Part shown: positions 39,190 to 49,100 of the stretch, one piece after another | Numbering within the stretch: the stretch's first letter is position 1 | How the letters are laid out: each line of letters begins with the position of its first letter | Assembly (NCBI GenBank): GCA_963824065.1 | Contig: CAWGNX010000002.1 | Location: 1,153,836 to 1,217,835, forward strand | DNA: 64,000 nucleotides | From: an uncultured Chloroflexia bacterium | GTDB taxonomy: Bacteria; Chloroflexota; Anaerolineae; Anaerolineales; DRKV01 | Direction of reading: 5' to 3' | Position numbers and translations under genes: made by a program | Notes under the pieces: model-generated | What the model was told of the DNA's origin: nothing | Seen by the model: the letters and a program-made list of their open reading frames with translations, nothing else | Databases searched by the model: none

Positions 39190-39702
39190 ATGTCAAAAAA
39201 AACTTCGCTATCGTTTGACTGGGGATTTTGGTTTTATTGGATCATGGCAACCGCGGTAGGATGGGCTTTGGGTAGATTTCTTCTCCCAAACCTGGCATTT
39301 GTGGTTATCGGTATTTCGGTCGGCGTAATGCAGTGGTTTATCCTGCAGCATCGTATACCACGTTCATGGCGTTGGATGGTGTCAACTGCTGTGGGGTGGA
39401 CTCTCGGTACAGTTCTCATCATTCCTTTCCGACCTGAGGGGTTTGAGCTGATTGTTGGACTTATCATCGGACTTACAACTGGTATCTGCCAGTGGTTAAT
39501 TTTAAGGCAAGAAATCTACCTTGCAGGCTGGTGGGTTATTATTATGATTGTTGGCTGGACATCCGGTCTGGCCCTGTTTCCAGGAATCCTGTTAACAGGT
39601 GTTATTGTAGGAATCATTACGGGATTTGGGCTTGAATTGCTCCTCAGGAATCCAAAAACATCATCAGGAGCGATTGAAAATGAACCGGGTTGGCGGGTAT
39701 AG
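39190..39702 (+). CDS. small hydrophobic protein with an internally repeated TM-hairpin motif
   Basis: 170 aa. Three copies of an (A/I)VGW(A/T)(L/S)G-containing helix are present (ATAVGWALG, TAVGWTLG, MIVGWTSG). I recognise no family. Confidence 0.5.
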   Translation: MSKKTSLSFDWGFWFYWIMATAVGWALGRFLLPNLAFVVIGISVGVMQWFILQHRIPRSWRWMVSTAVGWTLGTVLIIPFRPEGFELIVGLIIGLTTGICQWLILRQEIYLAGWWVIIMIVGWTSGLALFPGILLTGVIVGIITGFGLELLLRNPKTSSGAIENEPGWRV

Positions 39703-39734
39703 GCGCAAAACACGATCATCAGTCGGAAAACCTT

Positions 39735-41381
39735 ATGGATCGAAATAATAAGCTCTGGTATAAAAATGCGGTCTTTTACGAATTGAATGTTCGGGCATTT
39801 CGGGATACGAATTCGGATGGCAAAGGGGATTTGAATGGGGTTACAGAGAATCTGGATTATTTAAAAGATTTAGGCATTGACTGTATTTGGCTCCAACCTA
39901 TTTTTCCATCACCATTAAAGGACGATGGATATGATATTTCTGATTATTACGGGATTCGCCCTGAGATCGGTACGTTCGATGATTTTGCGCGAATGATCGA
40001 GAAATCTCATCAGCTTGGAATCAGGGTTATCACCGACCTGGTACTAAACCACACATCGGACCAACACCCTTGGTTCCAGGCAGCCAGGCAAAGCGAAAAT
40101 TCCCCTTACCATGATTATTATGTATGGAGCGATACACCTGATAAATACCAGGATGCCAGAATTATATTTTTGGATACCGAATCATCAAACTGGTCGTGGG
40201 ATCCGGTCGCTCGAAAATATTATTGGCACCGTTTTTATGCGTCTCAACCCGATCTAAACTATGACAATCCAGCTGTACAGGCTGAAATGATTAAAGTCAT
40301 GCGTTTTTGGCTTGAATTGGGCGTGGATGGATTTCGGGCAGATGCGGTGCCCTATTTGTTCGAACGTGAAGGCACTAATTGCGAAAATTTGCCAGAAACT
40401 CACACGTATCTAAAAAAAATCCGTTCTTTTTTTGACCAAAACTATCCAGACCGGATCTTGCTTTGCGAAGCGAACCAGTGGCCCGAAGATGTGCGGCCCT
40501 ACTTTGGAGATGGGGATGAATTCCACATGGGCTTCCACTTCCCGGTAATGCCACGCATATTTATGGCTATACGCAAAGGGAATCGCGAGTCATTGGAATG
40601 GATACTTAACCGGACGCCAGAAATTCCAAAAGAATGCCAATGGTGCATTTTCTTACGCAACCATGATGAGCTGACCCTTGAGATGGTCACCTCAGATGAA
40701 CGGGAGTGGATGTGGAAGCAATATGCTCCAGACAAACGCATGCGCTTAAATCTGGGGATACGGCGCAGGCTGGCACCCTTGCTCGATAATGATCCTGCCA
40801 AGCTCGAACTGTTAAACTCTTTCTTGTTCACTTTACCTGGTTCCCCAATTATTTATTATGGGGATGAAATTGGCATGGGCGACGATATCGACCTGCCTGA
40901 CCGGAACGGTGTCCGGACTCCTTTTCAGTGGAATTCTGAGATGAATGCCGGCTTTTCTTCCGCGGATCCTCAGCACCTGTATTCCCCTGTTATCTCTACT
41001 GCACCATACGATCCAATCCACGTGAACGTGGCAAATCAGCGGGAACAGGAAGACTCGCTCTTGAATACGATCAAAAGATTGATCCGGATTCGCAAACAAT
41101 ACCGAGTATTCGGCTGGGGTGACATTACTTGGTTGGATGAAGAAAATATGTCTGCAGCAATTTACAAACGATCTTATGGAAATGAGCACATCATCATCAT
41201 CCATAACCTGTCAGCGGACCCTATTAAAATTAATGTTCCGGTTCCTTCGAATGGGAAGTCAATCGAATTCATCGATTTAATTCGACAACGAATTTTTTCC
41301 AGCACCGATCATGATGCCATACAATTAGACCTCGGTCCTTATGACTACTACTGGTTGTACAGATTAAATGAGTCCAATTGA
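39735..41381 (+). CDS. treS: trehalose synthase / maltose alpha-D-glucosyltransferase-like GH13 enzyme
   Basis: LWYKNAVFYELNVRAFRDTNSDGKGDLNG...DLVLNHTSDQHPWF...GFRADAVPYLFEREGT...NHDELTLE. The start is taken as MDRNNK at 39735. Confidence 0.75.
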   Translation: MDRNNKLWYKNAVFYELNVRAFRDTNSDGKGDLNGVTENLDYLKDLGIDCIWLQPIFPSPLKDDGYDISDYYGIRPEIGTFDDFARMIEKSHQLGIRVITDLVLNHTSDQHPWFQAARQSENSPYHDYYVWSDTPDKYQDARIIFLDTESSNWSWDPVARKYYWHRFYASQPDLNYDNPAVQAEMIKVMRFWLELGVDGFRADAVPYLFEREGTNCENLPETHTYLKKIRSFFDQNYPDRILLCEANQWPEDVRPYFGDGDEFHMGFHFPVMPRIFMAIRKGNRESLEWILNRTPEIPKECQWCIFLRNHDELTLEMVTSDEREWMWKQYAPDKRMRLNLGIRRRLAPLLDNDPAKLELLNSFLFTLPGSPIIYYGDEIGMGDDIDLPDRNGVRTPFQWNSEMNAGFSSADPQHLYSPVISTAPYDPIHVNVANQREQEDSLLNTIKRLIRIRKQYRVFGWGDITWLDEENMSAAIYKRSYGNEHIIIIHNLSADPIKINVPVPSNGKSIEFIDLIRQRIFSSTDHDAIQLDLGPYDYYWLYRLNESN

Positions 41382-41474
41382 GCAAGAAATACTATTTCCC
41401 CTATGACTAAAAACCAGCCGGTAAGGGGGTGATTACCATATTAGGTCAAGGACACAGACACATAGGTAAAACCT

Positions 41475-43421
41475 ATGGAAACTCCTGAATGGATCGAACT
41501 CCATGCAAATCGTTCTTTAAACAGACTGCTGCCTGACCTGCGTGAAAGAACCATTGAATTCCGAGTGAATTTTCCTCAACAGTGGGAGCAATTTGAAGCC
41601 AGATTGATCACCCACTTTCCCCAATTATTTGGTTTACTTCACCACCTTTATGGAAATCAGTACGATTTTTTTTACTTTTTGGAAGAACTCGTGCGAGTGA
41701 TGGCAGACACCTGGATCAAACGTCCAGACGAGCTTAAGGAATTAGATCTTGTCCGGCTTTCCAACCCCGATTGGTTCCAATCCAACCAAATGCTGGGTGG
41801 AGTATGCTACGTAGACTTATACAATAAAAATCTCAAGGGCTTAAGGAAAAAAATCGGCTATTTCAAAGAGATTGGACTTACCTATCTCCACTTAATGCCC
41901 CTGTTCAAGATGCCTGCTGGCGAAAATGATGGGGGTTATGCGGTCAGCAGTTATCGTGAAGTGAATCCGGCTCTGGGCACGATGGCAGAATTGCGGGCAT
42001 TAGCTTCAGAACTGCGTTCAGAAGGGATTAGTCTTGTCTTGGATTTAGTTTTTAACCATACTTCCAACGAGCATGACTGGGCTATAAAAGCGAAGGCAGG
42101 GGATAGGCTCTACCAGGAATATTATTTCTTATTCGATGATCAGATTCTTCCAAATGCTTACCAGCGGACTTTAAGGGATATTTTCCCGGAAGAGAGACCG
42201 GGATCGTTCACTTTTGATAAGGCGTTAAATAAGTGGGTGTGGACCACATTTAATAGTTTTCAGTGGGATCTTAATTATGCAAATCCTGCTGTGTTCAATC
42301 AAATTACCAGCGAAATACTTTTTTTAGCAAACATTGGAATTGAAATTCTTCGCCTGGATGCGGTGGCTTTCACCTGGAAGAAAATGGGCACAAGTTGCGA
42401 GAATTTACCGGAAGCCCACCTCTTAATCCAGGCATTTAATGCTGTTGCACGTATTGCGGCCCCCACGTTGTTATTCAAATCCGAGGCTATCGTCCACCCC
42501 GACGAAGTTTTAAAATATATCCATCCTACCGAGTGCCAACTCTCCTATAATCCGCTCCTCATGGCAATGTTATGGAATTCGTTAGCCACAAGAGATGTCC
42601 GAATGTTAAAAATTGCTTTATCTGAACGATCCCATATACCCGCTGGATGCGCCTGGGTTAACTACATTCGCTGTCACGATGATATCGGATGGACATTTGC
42701 TGATGAAGACGCCGTGAAGCTTGGATTTAATGCCTTTGGGCACCGTCGTTTTCTTAATGATTTCTATACAGGCCGCTTTCCCGACAGCTTTGCACGGGGG
42801 TTACCATTCCAAGAAAACCCCGAAACCGGAGATGTAAGGATATCAGGCACTCTCGCTTCCTTAGCCGGTCTCGAAAAAGCTATCAGTGGTTCCGACCCAC
42901 AGGAAACAGAGCTTGCAATCAAACGAATTCTCCTGCTGCATGGAATTATCTTGACGGTAGGAGGTATTCCTTTAATCTATCTGGGTGATGAAATTGGACT
43001 TCTAAATGATTACAGTTATAGGAAGTCCCTCGCTAAAGCACGTGATAGCCGCTGGGTTCATAGACCCAATATGAATTGGAAAGTGGTTGCAAAGAGGAAC
43101 CTGGATAACACTCCGCAATGGAAGATATTTAATGGTTTATCGGAATTGATCGGTATTCGAAAGTCATATGTTTACTTCTCAAATGGAAATACTCAGGTCA
43201 TGGACACTGAAACGGACAAAGTCTTGGGTTTTGTTCGCACTTACAATGGAGAAAGATGCCTCGTTTTTGCAAATTTCTCGGAAGAGCCTCAATCAATATC
43301 GGCAAACATTCTGCGAGTTTACGGGATGGCGTATCAATTTGTCGACCTGCGCAGCAAAAATACGATCCCGCTTGCGGATATTTTGCTTGAACCATTTGAA
43401 ATCAGGTTTTTAGCATCTTAA
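41475..43421 (+). CDS. amylosucrase-like GH13 enzyme
   Basis: 648 aa. The N-terminal helical region (RLLPDL...FEARL...LYG) is typical of amylosucrases. Other motifs are DLVFNHTSNEHDWA, ILRLDAVAFTWK and YIRCHDDIGW. Confidence 0.7.
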   Translation: METPEWIELHANRSLNRLLPDLRERTIEFRVNFPQQWEQFEARLITHFPQLFGLLHHLYGNQYDFFYFLEELVRVMADTWIKRPDELKELDLVRLSNPDWFQSNQMLGGVCYVDLYNKNLKGLRKKIGYFKEIGLTYLHLMPLFKMPAGENDGGYAVSSYREVNPALGTMAELRALASELRSEGISLVLDLVFNHTSNEHDWAIKAKAGDRLYQEYYFLFDDQILPNAYQRTLRDIFPEERPGSFTFDKALNKWVWTTFNSFQWDLNYANPAVFNQITSEILFLANIGIEILRLDAVAFTWKKMGTSCENLPEAHLLIQAFNAVARIAAPTLLFKSEAIVHPDEVLKYIHPTECQLSYNPLLMAMLWNSLATRDVRMLKIALSERSHIPAGCAWVNYIRCHDDIGWTFADEDAVKLGFNAFGHRRFLNDFYTGRFPDSFARGLPFQENPETGDVRISGTLASLAGLEKAISGSDPQETELAIKRILLLHGIILTVGGIPLIYLGDEIGLLNDYSYRKSLAKARDSRWVHRPNMNWKVVAKRNLDNTPQWKIFNGLSELIGIRKSYVYFSNGNTQVMDTETDKVLGFVRTYNGERCLVFANFSEEPQSISANILRVYGMAYQFVDLRSKNTIPLADILLEPFEIRFLAS

Positions 43422-43429
43422 GTAAAAAA

Positions 43430-43453
43430 CTCCGGAAGTAAAACCTTCCGGAG
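43430..43453 (-). terminator. intrinsic terminator (U-tract on the minus strand)
   Basis: CTCCGGAAG (43430-43438) pairs with CTTCCGGAG (43445-43453). On the minus strand the hairpin is followed by TTTTTT. Confidence 0.6.
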
Positions 43454-43476
43454 CCAAAAATTGCTCATTACTTACA

Positions 43477-43815
43477 TCATTCGATAAATCGCACACTTGT
43501 TGTTGACAACCGGGATGCGAGCGTACTTCCCGCTGGTTTTTTCCTGTTGAGAACTTCCTCTCGGTCCGGAGCATATTCATGCCGAAGTTCAATAGTTTGT
43601 CTGTTCCTTGACATCCGAGAAGAAGACATACAAGCGAAAGTAATCACACCAAAGGCTATCAGAATATACCCACCGATGAGTAATGCAAAGATTACCAGCA
43701 TTTTTGGTGTTCCCTTCTCAGGAGTGATTCTTTCTATCAAATGAGGAATAATTGCGACACCTGGCGTTACTGGATAAACCTCATCAATAATATACTGATA
43801 ATCTCCCCAATGCAA
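43477..43815 (-). CDS. hypothetical small membrane protein
   Basis: 112-aa ORF with one TM helix (MLVIFALLIGGYILIAFGVITFA). It lies downstream of the HD-GYP gene. No family recognised. Confidence 0.3.
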   Translation of the reverse strand: MHWGDYQYIIDEVYPVTPGVAIIPHLIERITPEKGTPKMLVIFALLIGGYILIAFGVITFACMSSSRMSRNRQTIELRHEYAPDREEVLNRKKPAGSTLASRLSTTSVRFIE

Positions 43816-43856
43816 CTGATATTAATCATTATTTTCCTATGACACGCACTGAATGT

Positions 43857-45431
43857 TCAAATCAGCTTCATAAACTCACGGATAACATCGGGGTCAAACA
43901 TGATTCCCGCCTGCTGACTCAGATAACCTCTGACCATCTCCTCCGGATGTGGATCTCGATAAGGTCTTGCTGATCTCATCGCATCCCATACATCGATCAC
44001 GGAAAAAATTCTCGCGGAAAAAGGTATTTGCTCGCCTTTGAAATGGAATGGGTAACCACCTCCATCCCATCTTTCATGGTGATAAAGTGGGATGTCCAGG
44101 GCGGTGCGTAGGCGATCAATACGCCCGAGAACGTCGTACGTGTGCATCGGATGGATTTGAATGGCATGCCTCTCTTCAATGCTCAGAGGGCTTTTCTTCC
44201 TGATAATGTGATGCGGTACCCTGAGCATACCCAGGTCGTGCAAAATAACTCCGCGGTAAATATCTACAAGACTGGATTTTGATAGGTTGAACTGCTTTGC
44301 CAAGCGAACTGTTATTTCGGCCAGATCCTTTGTGTGACCTTGAGATTCATCGAGAATCAATTCAAGTTCACGCACCCACGCGTCACACATGGCATCATAC
44401 GCCATTTCGACTTCAGCAAGCAGACGATTCTTATCCCGAATAACTTCTGTATCATGAATTGCATCGCCCAATTTTCCCACAAAAATTTCTAACATTTCCA
44501 TCCAATCATCATTAGGCAGATGCTTTTGGCGAACATAAATTTCCAGTACACCCTTCAGGTTTCCTTTGGCTTCGATTGGCGCGGCAAACATAACCTGGAA
44601 TTTTTCCTGATACAACACTGACGAAATAAATGATGAAGCTGTCTGTTCATCAGGTAGGCTGGCTCCAAGGATCCTGCGTTCGAGTGCGGCTCGGCCTGGT
44701 AAACCTTCGCCAATCTTTACAGTATATGATTTTAAATTCTGCTCAGATAACCCAAAACCAGCAGCATATTCGAGGCGCAATGTTGTGGGGTTGAAGATGA
44801 GTGCCAGAGCACCATCATAATCAAGAATCGTTTTACCTTGCTGCAAAAGGATATTCAGCGTAGCATCTAGATTCGTGCTTCCGTTAACGGCCATCTCCAC
44901 CGTATGCAAAACCTGCATCTGTCTTAAACGATCCTGGATCTGGTGCATTTGCTGATTCGTCGTTATTGCCTCTGCTAAAAGGTCCCCTAAATCATTGGCT
45001 GTTTCCATTTCCGCCTGGTGAAATTCGGATGTAGGATTTGATTTTCCCAGACACAAACATCCCAGAAATTCACCTTGATGGTTCAACTGTTTAAAAAACA
45101 AGTGAGTAAGATCTTCGTTATAAACACCGGCAATATCAGCGCGCTGTTCATTCCTATATTGATCAAGATTAAGAAGGAACTCGGGTTCAAGTCTGATACG
45201 AGATTGAAGCTCCTTCGAAACATTACCCCACTTGGCTTCTTTTTCAAACAAACTACCTACGCCACCCAGGTGAAAAAACTCACCGGTTGCCGAATCAAAC
45301 AATAAGACTCGCACAACAGGTACATTTAAGGTGGATGAGATAACCTCGGTAATTTTGGAAATAACCGAAGCCAAACGATTTTGATAATTCCACTGCACTG
45401 CTAAAAGTTTTTGATTGTGGGTTTTAAACAA
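43857..45431 (-). CDS. GAF-domain / HD-GYP-domain protein (putative c-di-GMP phosphodiesterase)
   Basis: The C-terminus reads ...VILHDLGML...IQIHPMH...HHERWDGGGYP..., an HD-GYP signature. The N-terminal roughly 330 aa are GAF-like. The start codon is uncertain (TTG at 45431). Confidence 0.8.
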   Translation of the reverse strand: MFKTHNQKLLAVQWNYQNRLASVISKITEVISSTLNVPVVRVLLFDSATGEFFHLGGVGSLFEKEAKWGNVSKELQSRIRLEPEFLLNLDQYRNEQRADIAGVYNEDLTHLFFKQLNHQGEFLGCLCLGKSNPTSEFHQAEMETANDLGDLLAEAITTNQQMHQIQDRLRQMQVLHTVEMAVNGSTNLDATLNILLQQGKTILDYDGALALIFNPTTLRLEYAAGFGLSEQNLKSYTVKIGEGLPGRAALERRILGASLPDEQTASSFISSVLYQEKFQVMFAAPIEAKGNLKGVLEIYVRQKHLPNDDWMEMLEIFVGKLGDAIHDTEVIRDKNRLLAEVEMAYDAMCDAWVRELELILDESQGHTKDLAEITVRLAKQFNLSKSSLVDIYRGVILHDLGMLRVPHHIIRKKSPLSIEERHAIQIHPMHTYDVLGRIDRLRTALDIPLYHHERWDGGGYPFHFKGEQIPFSARIFSVIDVWDAMRSARPYRDPHPEEMVRGYLSQQAGIMFDPDVIREFMKLI

Positions 45432-45471
45432 GATATTTTTCTAATGGCCCGCCTTTTTTTTGAGATAATAA

Positions 45472-45506
45472 TTGGTGTGAGGATTTCCCCTTGATCCTCA
45501 CACCAA
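45472..45506 (-). terminator. strong hairpin after the two-peptide operon
   Basis: TTGGTGTGAGGA (45472-45483) pairs with TCCTCACACCAA (45495-45506), a 12-bp stem. The minus-strand downstream sequence is UUAUUAUCU. Confidence 0.55.
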
Positions 45507-45556
45507 TCCATGCAATCAGGATTAGCCAGAATTCTTACTATGTGCCTTATTCTGGA

Positions 45557-45769
45557 TCAGGCAATATCGGACACATAGAGGAGTGCATTGATTTGCTGAA
45601 TGAACTGGTCGAGGCTGTTCGCCTGTACAGCGAGGACGGCTTTCATCTCATCATCGCTCAGACCAAAATTCACCAGACATTCACGCCGGTGACCATTCAG
45701 GATAGCAGCCTGAAAGTCGCGATCCAGAAGGGCCTTTGTTACGAGTGCGTTCAATTTCAAAGTAGTCAT
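45557..45769 (-). CDS. 70-aa helical protein reminiscent of NHLP-leader / LigA-like small domains
   Basis: A GAGGA Shine-Dalgarno lies 5 nt upstream of the start. MTTLKLNALVTKALLDRDFQAAILNGHRRECLVNFGLSDDEMKAVLAV... The A..D..F...L......L..FGL...E pattern resembles NHLP/LigA-type helical domains. This is a memory-based, unverified call. Confidence 0.45.
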   Translation of the reverse strand: MTTLKLNALVTKALLDRDFQAAILNGHRRECLVNFGLSDDEMKAVLAVQANSLDQFIQQINALLYVSDIA

Positions 45770-45777
45770 CGTTTTCC

Positions 45778-45966
45778 TCAGTGTCCGATGGATGTGGCAA
45801 AGGGTCCACCACCACCGATACCCCCATCAGCAAACCCTGCAAGCGCAACGCCTTGAGCAGCAATGGCAGACAAGATGAAAACTGCCAGGATGAATAGCTG
45901 AATGACGATCGCAACTTTCGCAGGATCAGCAGCGGCATAGAGTTTGCTAAAAAATTTTCCGAACAT
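45778..45966 (-). CDS. 62-aa peptide: one TM helix plus a Gly-rich tail
   Basis: A GGAGG Shine-Dalgarno lies 6 nt before the ATG at 45966. MFGKFFSKLYAAADPAKVAIVIQLFILAVFILSAIAAQGVALAGFADGGIGGGGPFATSIGH. Only an 8-nt spacer separates its stop from the start of the next ORF. Confidence 0.5.
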   Translation of the reverse strand: MFGKFFSKLYAAADPAKVAIVIQLFILAVFILSAIAAQGVALAGFADGGIGGGGPFATSIGH

Positions 45967-46012
45967 TTTGGCCTCCACAGGATTAGATTGGATAGCAACA
46001 CTATACACTATG

Positions 46013-46036
46013 ACCTATAAACATACCTATAAACAT
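46013..46036 (-). repeat. perfect tandem 12-bp direct repeat in the promoter of the peptide operon
   Basis: ACCTATAAACAT occurs twice on the plus strand (ATGTTTATAGGT twice on the coding strand). It ends 7 nt upstream of a TATAGT -10-like hexamer (46000-46005). Confidence 0.8.
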
Positions 46037-46040
46037 GAAG

Positions 46041-46085
46041 ATTAAAAAGAACCAGAAGCAAAGATTATAATTTCAGCTCCTGGTC
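46041..46085 (-). terminator. terminator of the regulator gene
   Basis: The minus-strand RNA reads GACCAGGAGC-(16 nt)-GCUUCUGGUUC followed by UUUUUAAU. The stem has one bulge and one G-U pair. Confidence 0.5.
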
Positions 46086-46108
46086 GAACTCAGATGAATA
46101 ATGCGAAC

Positions 46109-49100
46109 TTATGGCAGCGTTGCGCAAAAATCATCTAAATCCGACTGCGGCTTCGCTTTCAACTCTTTCCATAAAAAATCTCGATAATTATAATAGTGCG
46201 CTTTGGCGGCAGCTGGTGTACCCAGATTTACCAGGCATTGCATGACGGCAAGATGGATAGCGTCTTGATACGGATCAATTCTTAAAATTTGCTCATAGAT
46301 ATCACGTGCTTTAGTAAATTCGCGCGTCGCATTCAACAAATCGCCAAGTTCTCTTAATGCTGACAAATACTGTTGCAGCAGCTCTTCTCGCCGAATTTCT
46401 ACCCAACTTCCTGAGATTTCCAGTAAGAAGTCTCCTTTATATAACGCGACCGCTTTTCGCAAGAGGTCAATTTTTTTCGTTGGTGAAACTTTTGACCCAT
46501 GGGCTAAGGTAATTTCACTGAGAAACTCATCAACATCATAGTGAAGTTCGATATTTGGATTAATGATATACCTGTTTTGATCAAAAACAACCGCGTCCTT
46601 ATTTCCTAATGCCCTTCTCAACCTCCATAATGTGGATTGAAAATTGCTTGTGGCCTTGGCCTGTGTGAAATCTGGCCAAAGATCTATGGCGATCTCTTCT
46701 TTTCGCAATCCTCTCCGGTCGATGATAAAAAAGAACAAAGCCCGAGCATTGGATGATTTCCATTCCGAAGATGTGATCAAAATTTCATCTTTGTATACAA
46801 TCCCCTGGCCAAAACCGGAGATTTTTAAGCGAAATTGCGGTAAAGTAACCTGCTCTCGCTTTGTCGACACCAGTGCTTCTAAACTTGGGAAATCGCTCAC
46901 GCGTTGGTGGATGTTGTGAATGTAACCGCCTAATTCCCTTTGCTGGGATAGGAATTGTAGAAAATCAATCTTTGCTCGGGCCGCGACAACCAAGAATTGA
47001 TCATAACCAAGCTGTGCCGAAACCTCCAGAGCTCTTTTTACTACATTTAGTGAGGCACTATTTTTTCCAACCTCGAAATAGACCCTACCAAGTAAAAAGT
47101 TTGCCAGAGATAAATTTTGATTTGGCCGATTGTTGGATGACCAGCTTCTGATGGCTTGATTTAATGCCCCGGCCGCCATATCGTATTGGCCCATATCCAG
47201 GTAAACCTGCCCCAGCCCTACCTGGTAATCGGGTGATTTAACACTTTGCCCACGAATACGCGCAGCTTCTCGCAGCCAATACAAGGCGTCGTGGTAATTT
47301 CCTCGTCTTCTTTCTAATTCAGATAAACCAATATACGTTGAAAATAAGGCGTATCGATCCGAGCTATCCGCTCTCCGTTTGGCTTCCAGATATGATGTTT
47401 CAGCATCTTTCCATTCTTCGAGATCGCGAAGTAAATCTCCGCGACTATTCAGAATATGAACAATTCCTCGGTGGTGGCGCAAAGAGCTGGCTACTGCATA
47501 GGCTTCTTCATATGCTCTCCAGGCTTCGCGGTACCTTCCTAACAGATAATACATATATCCGGCGTTGTTTAGGGCAATCGCGAGCGCACCCAAATTACTT
47601 TTCTGCTTCCGCCGGATACTCAATACCTCTTCAAGGCATTTTTGAGATTCGAGTACGCTGCCATGCTCAAAATGAGCAATACCCAGATCATTTAATGTTT
47701 CTGCTAAGTCATGCGCAGCTTGCCGTTCATGCATATCCTGTTTTGCAACAATCGACCGAAATCCGCGTGCCGCCATTTCCAAAGATTGGACACTCTTATC
47801 AGTTTGTCCCAAATGGCGTAAGGACATGCCTACTAAACGGAATGCCTGAAACGTATAATAATTTTCAGGTTGATCCTCAAGCAATTTTAAAGCGACCTGG
47901 GCAAGTTCAAGAGCATCTTGCGGTTGCCCCTGGTAGATTCTACCCATCCCTTTGGTGACATATAAACTCGCTCGGCGATTAACCTCAGTAGAATCTTTTA
48001 ATACGGATTCTGCAATCTCAAGATATTCATCTCCCTGGTTATAATCGCCCCTCTCATACAAAACCTTCGCCCAGGTCAAGGATAACCAGGGAGCACGCCT
48101 ACGGAAATCGACCGGTTCGGTAATTTCTCGAATCCATTCAGAAATAACACTTGTTCTTCCAGCAATGAATAACTCGCTCGCCAACCGCTCCATCCAAACA
48201 GCGGCCTCCTCCTGCTCCCCGGCAGCCATTTTATGGTAAACAGCATCTTCCCAAAATTCATGTTGTAAATACCAATCCGCTGCCCGATGGTGGAGAATTA
48301 ATTTCGTTTCAGGCTCAGTATCGGATAATCTTTGCGCTAAGAACTCTCCAAAAAGTTGGTGGTATCGGTAATTCGTAGTACCAAATTCGGTCTCGATCCG
48401 TGTAACAAATAGATTCCGTTCCTCCAGCTCTTGTAGAAGCTTTTGGCTATCATCAATTTGCAACAAGGCATTACAAAGAGCCACATTAAATTCGTCCAGA
48501 ATTGAGGTTTTCGTTAGAAATTCTCTTAAATGCTCCGGTTGAAGTTCAACTACTTCCTGGGCAAGAAAATCATACATTTCACTAGATGTCTGCTGGAATT
48601 TTGGTTTTACACCTTGTTCCAATGCGCGCAAGGCGAGTAATATCGCAATAATCCAGCCATCTGCCCGTTGCGCGATTTCATCAACCTGATCTTCTGACAG
48701 GGTTACAGAATAATGATCTTGAATTAATTCGTTTAGTTCCTCGGGACGGAACCGCATTTCATCCGCACTAATCGTTGCCAGATCATTTCGAACATACAAA
48801 TTTGCAGCCGGGATACCATAGACACTGCGGCTTGCCATGATAAGCCGAACATGGTCGGGCAAATATTCGAGCAAGGTCTCGATCAAATCAACAACTGCCT
48901 GTTGTTCACCAACCATGTGATAATCATCGAGGACCAGAACACTAAAATCGGTCACATAACGCACCATCTCATTGATAAGTTCAAGTCCAAGACCGATTGG
49001 ATCGGGAACTCCACCCCCAGCTTCCAGAATTGCCATTGTCTCCTTGCCAAACTCACTAAAATTTTGGCGAATGGAGCCAATCAAATGCAGTGCAAACGGA

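Noticed and set aside
39690-39734. Extension of treS overlapping the preceding membrane-protein gene
   Set aside because: TreS-like sequence starts at MDRNNKLWYKNAVFYE (39735). The extension has no family resemblance.
47338-47958. 206-aa ORF on the plus strand, and other long antisense ORFs (e.g. 7829-8245, 11282-11824, 48851-49270, 61277-61762, 62840-63247)
   Set aside because: All lie entirely inside, and antisense to, strongly supported genes. They have low-complexity or atypical composition and no recognisable motifs, so they are shadow ORFs.
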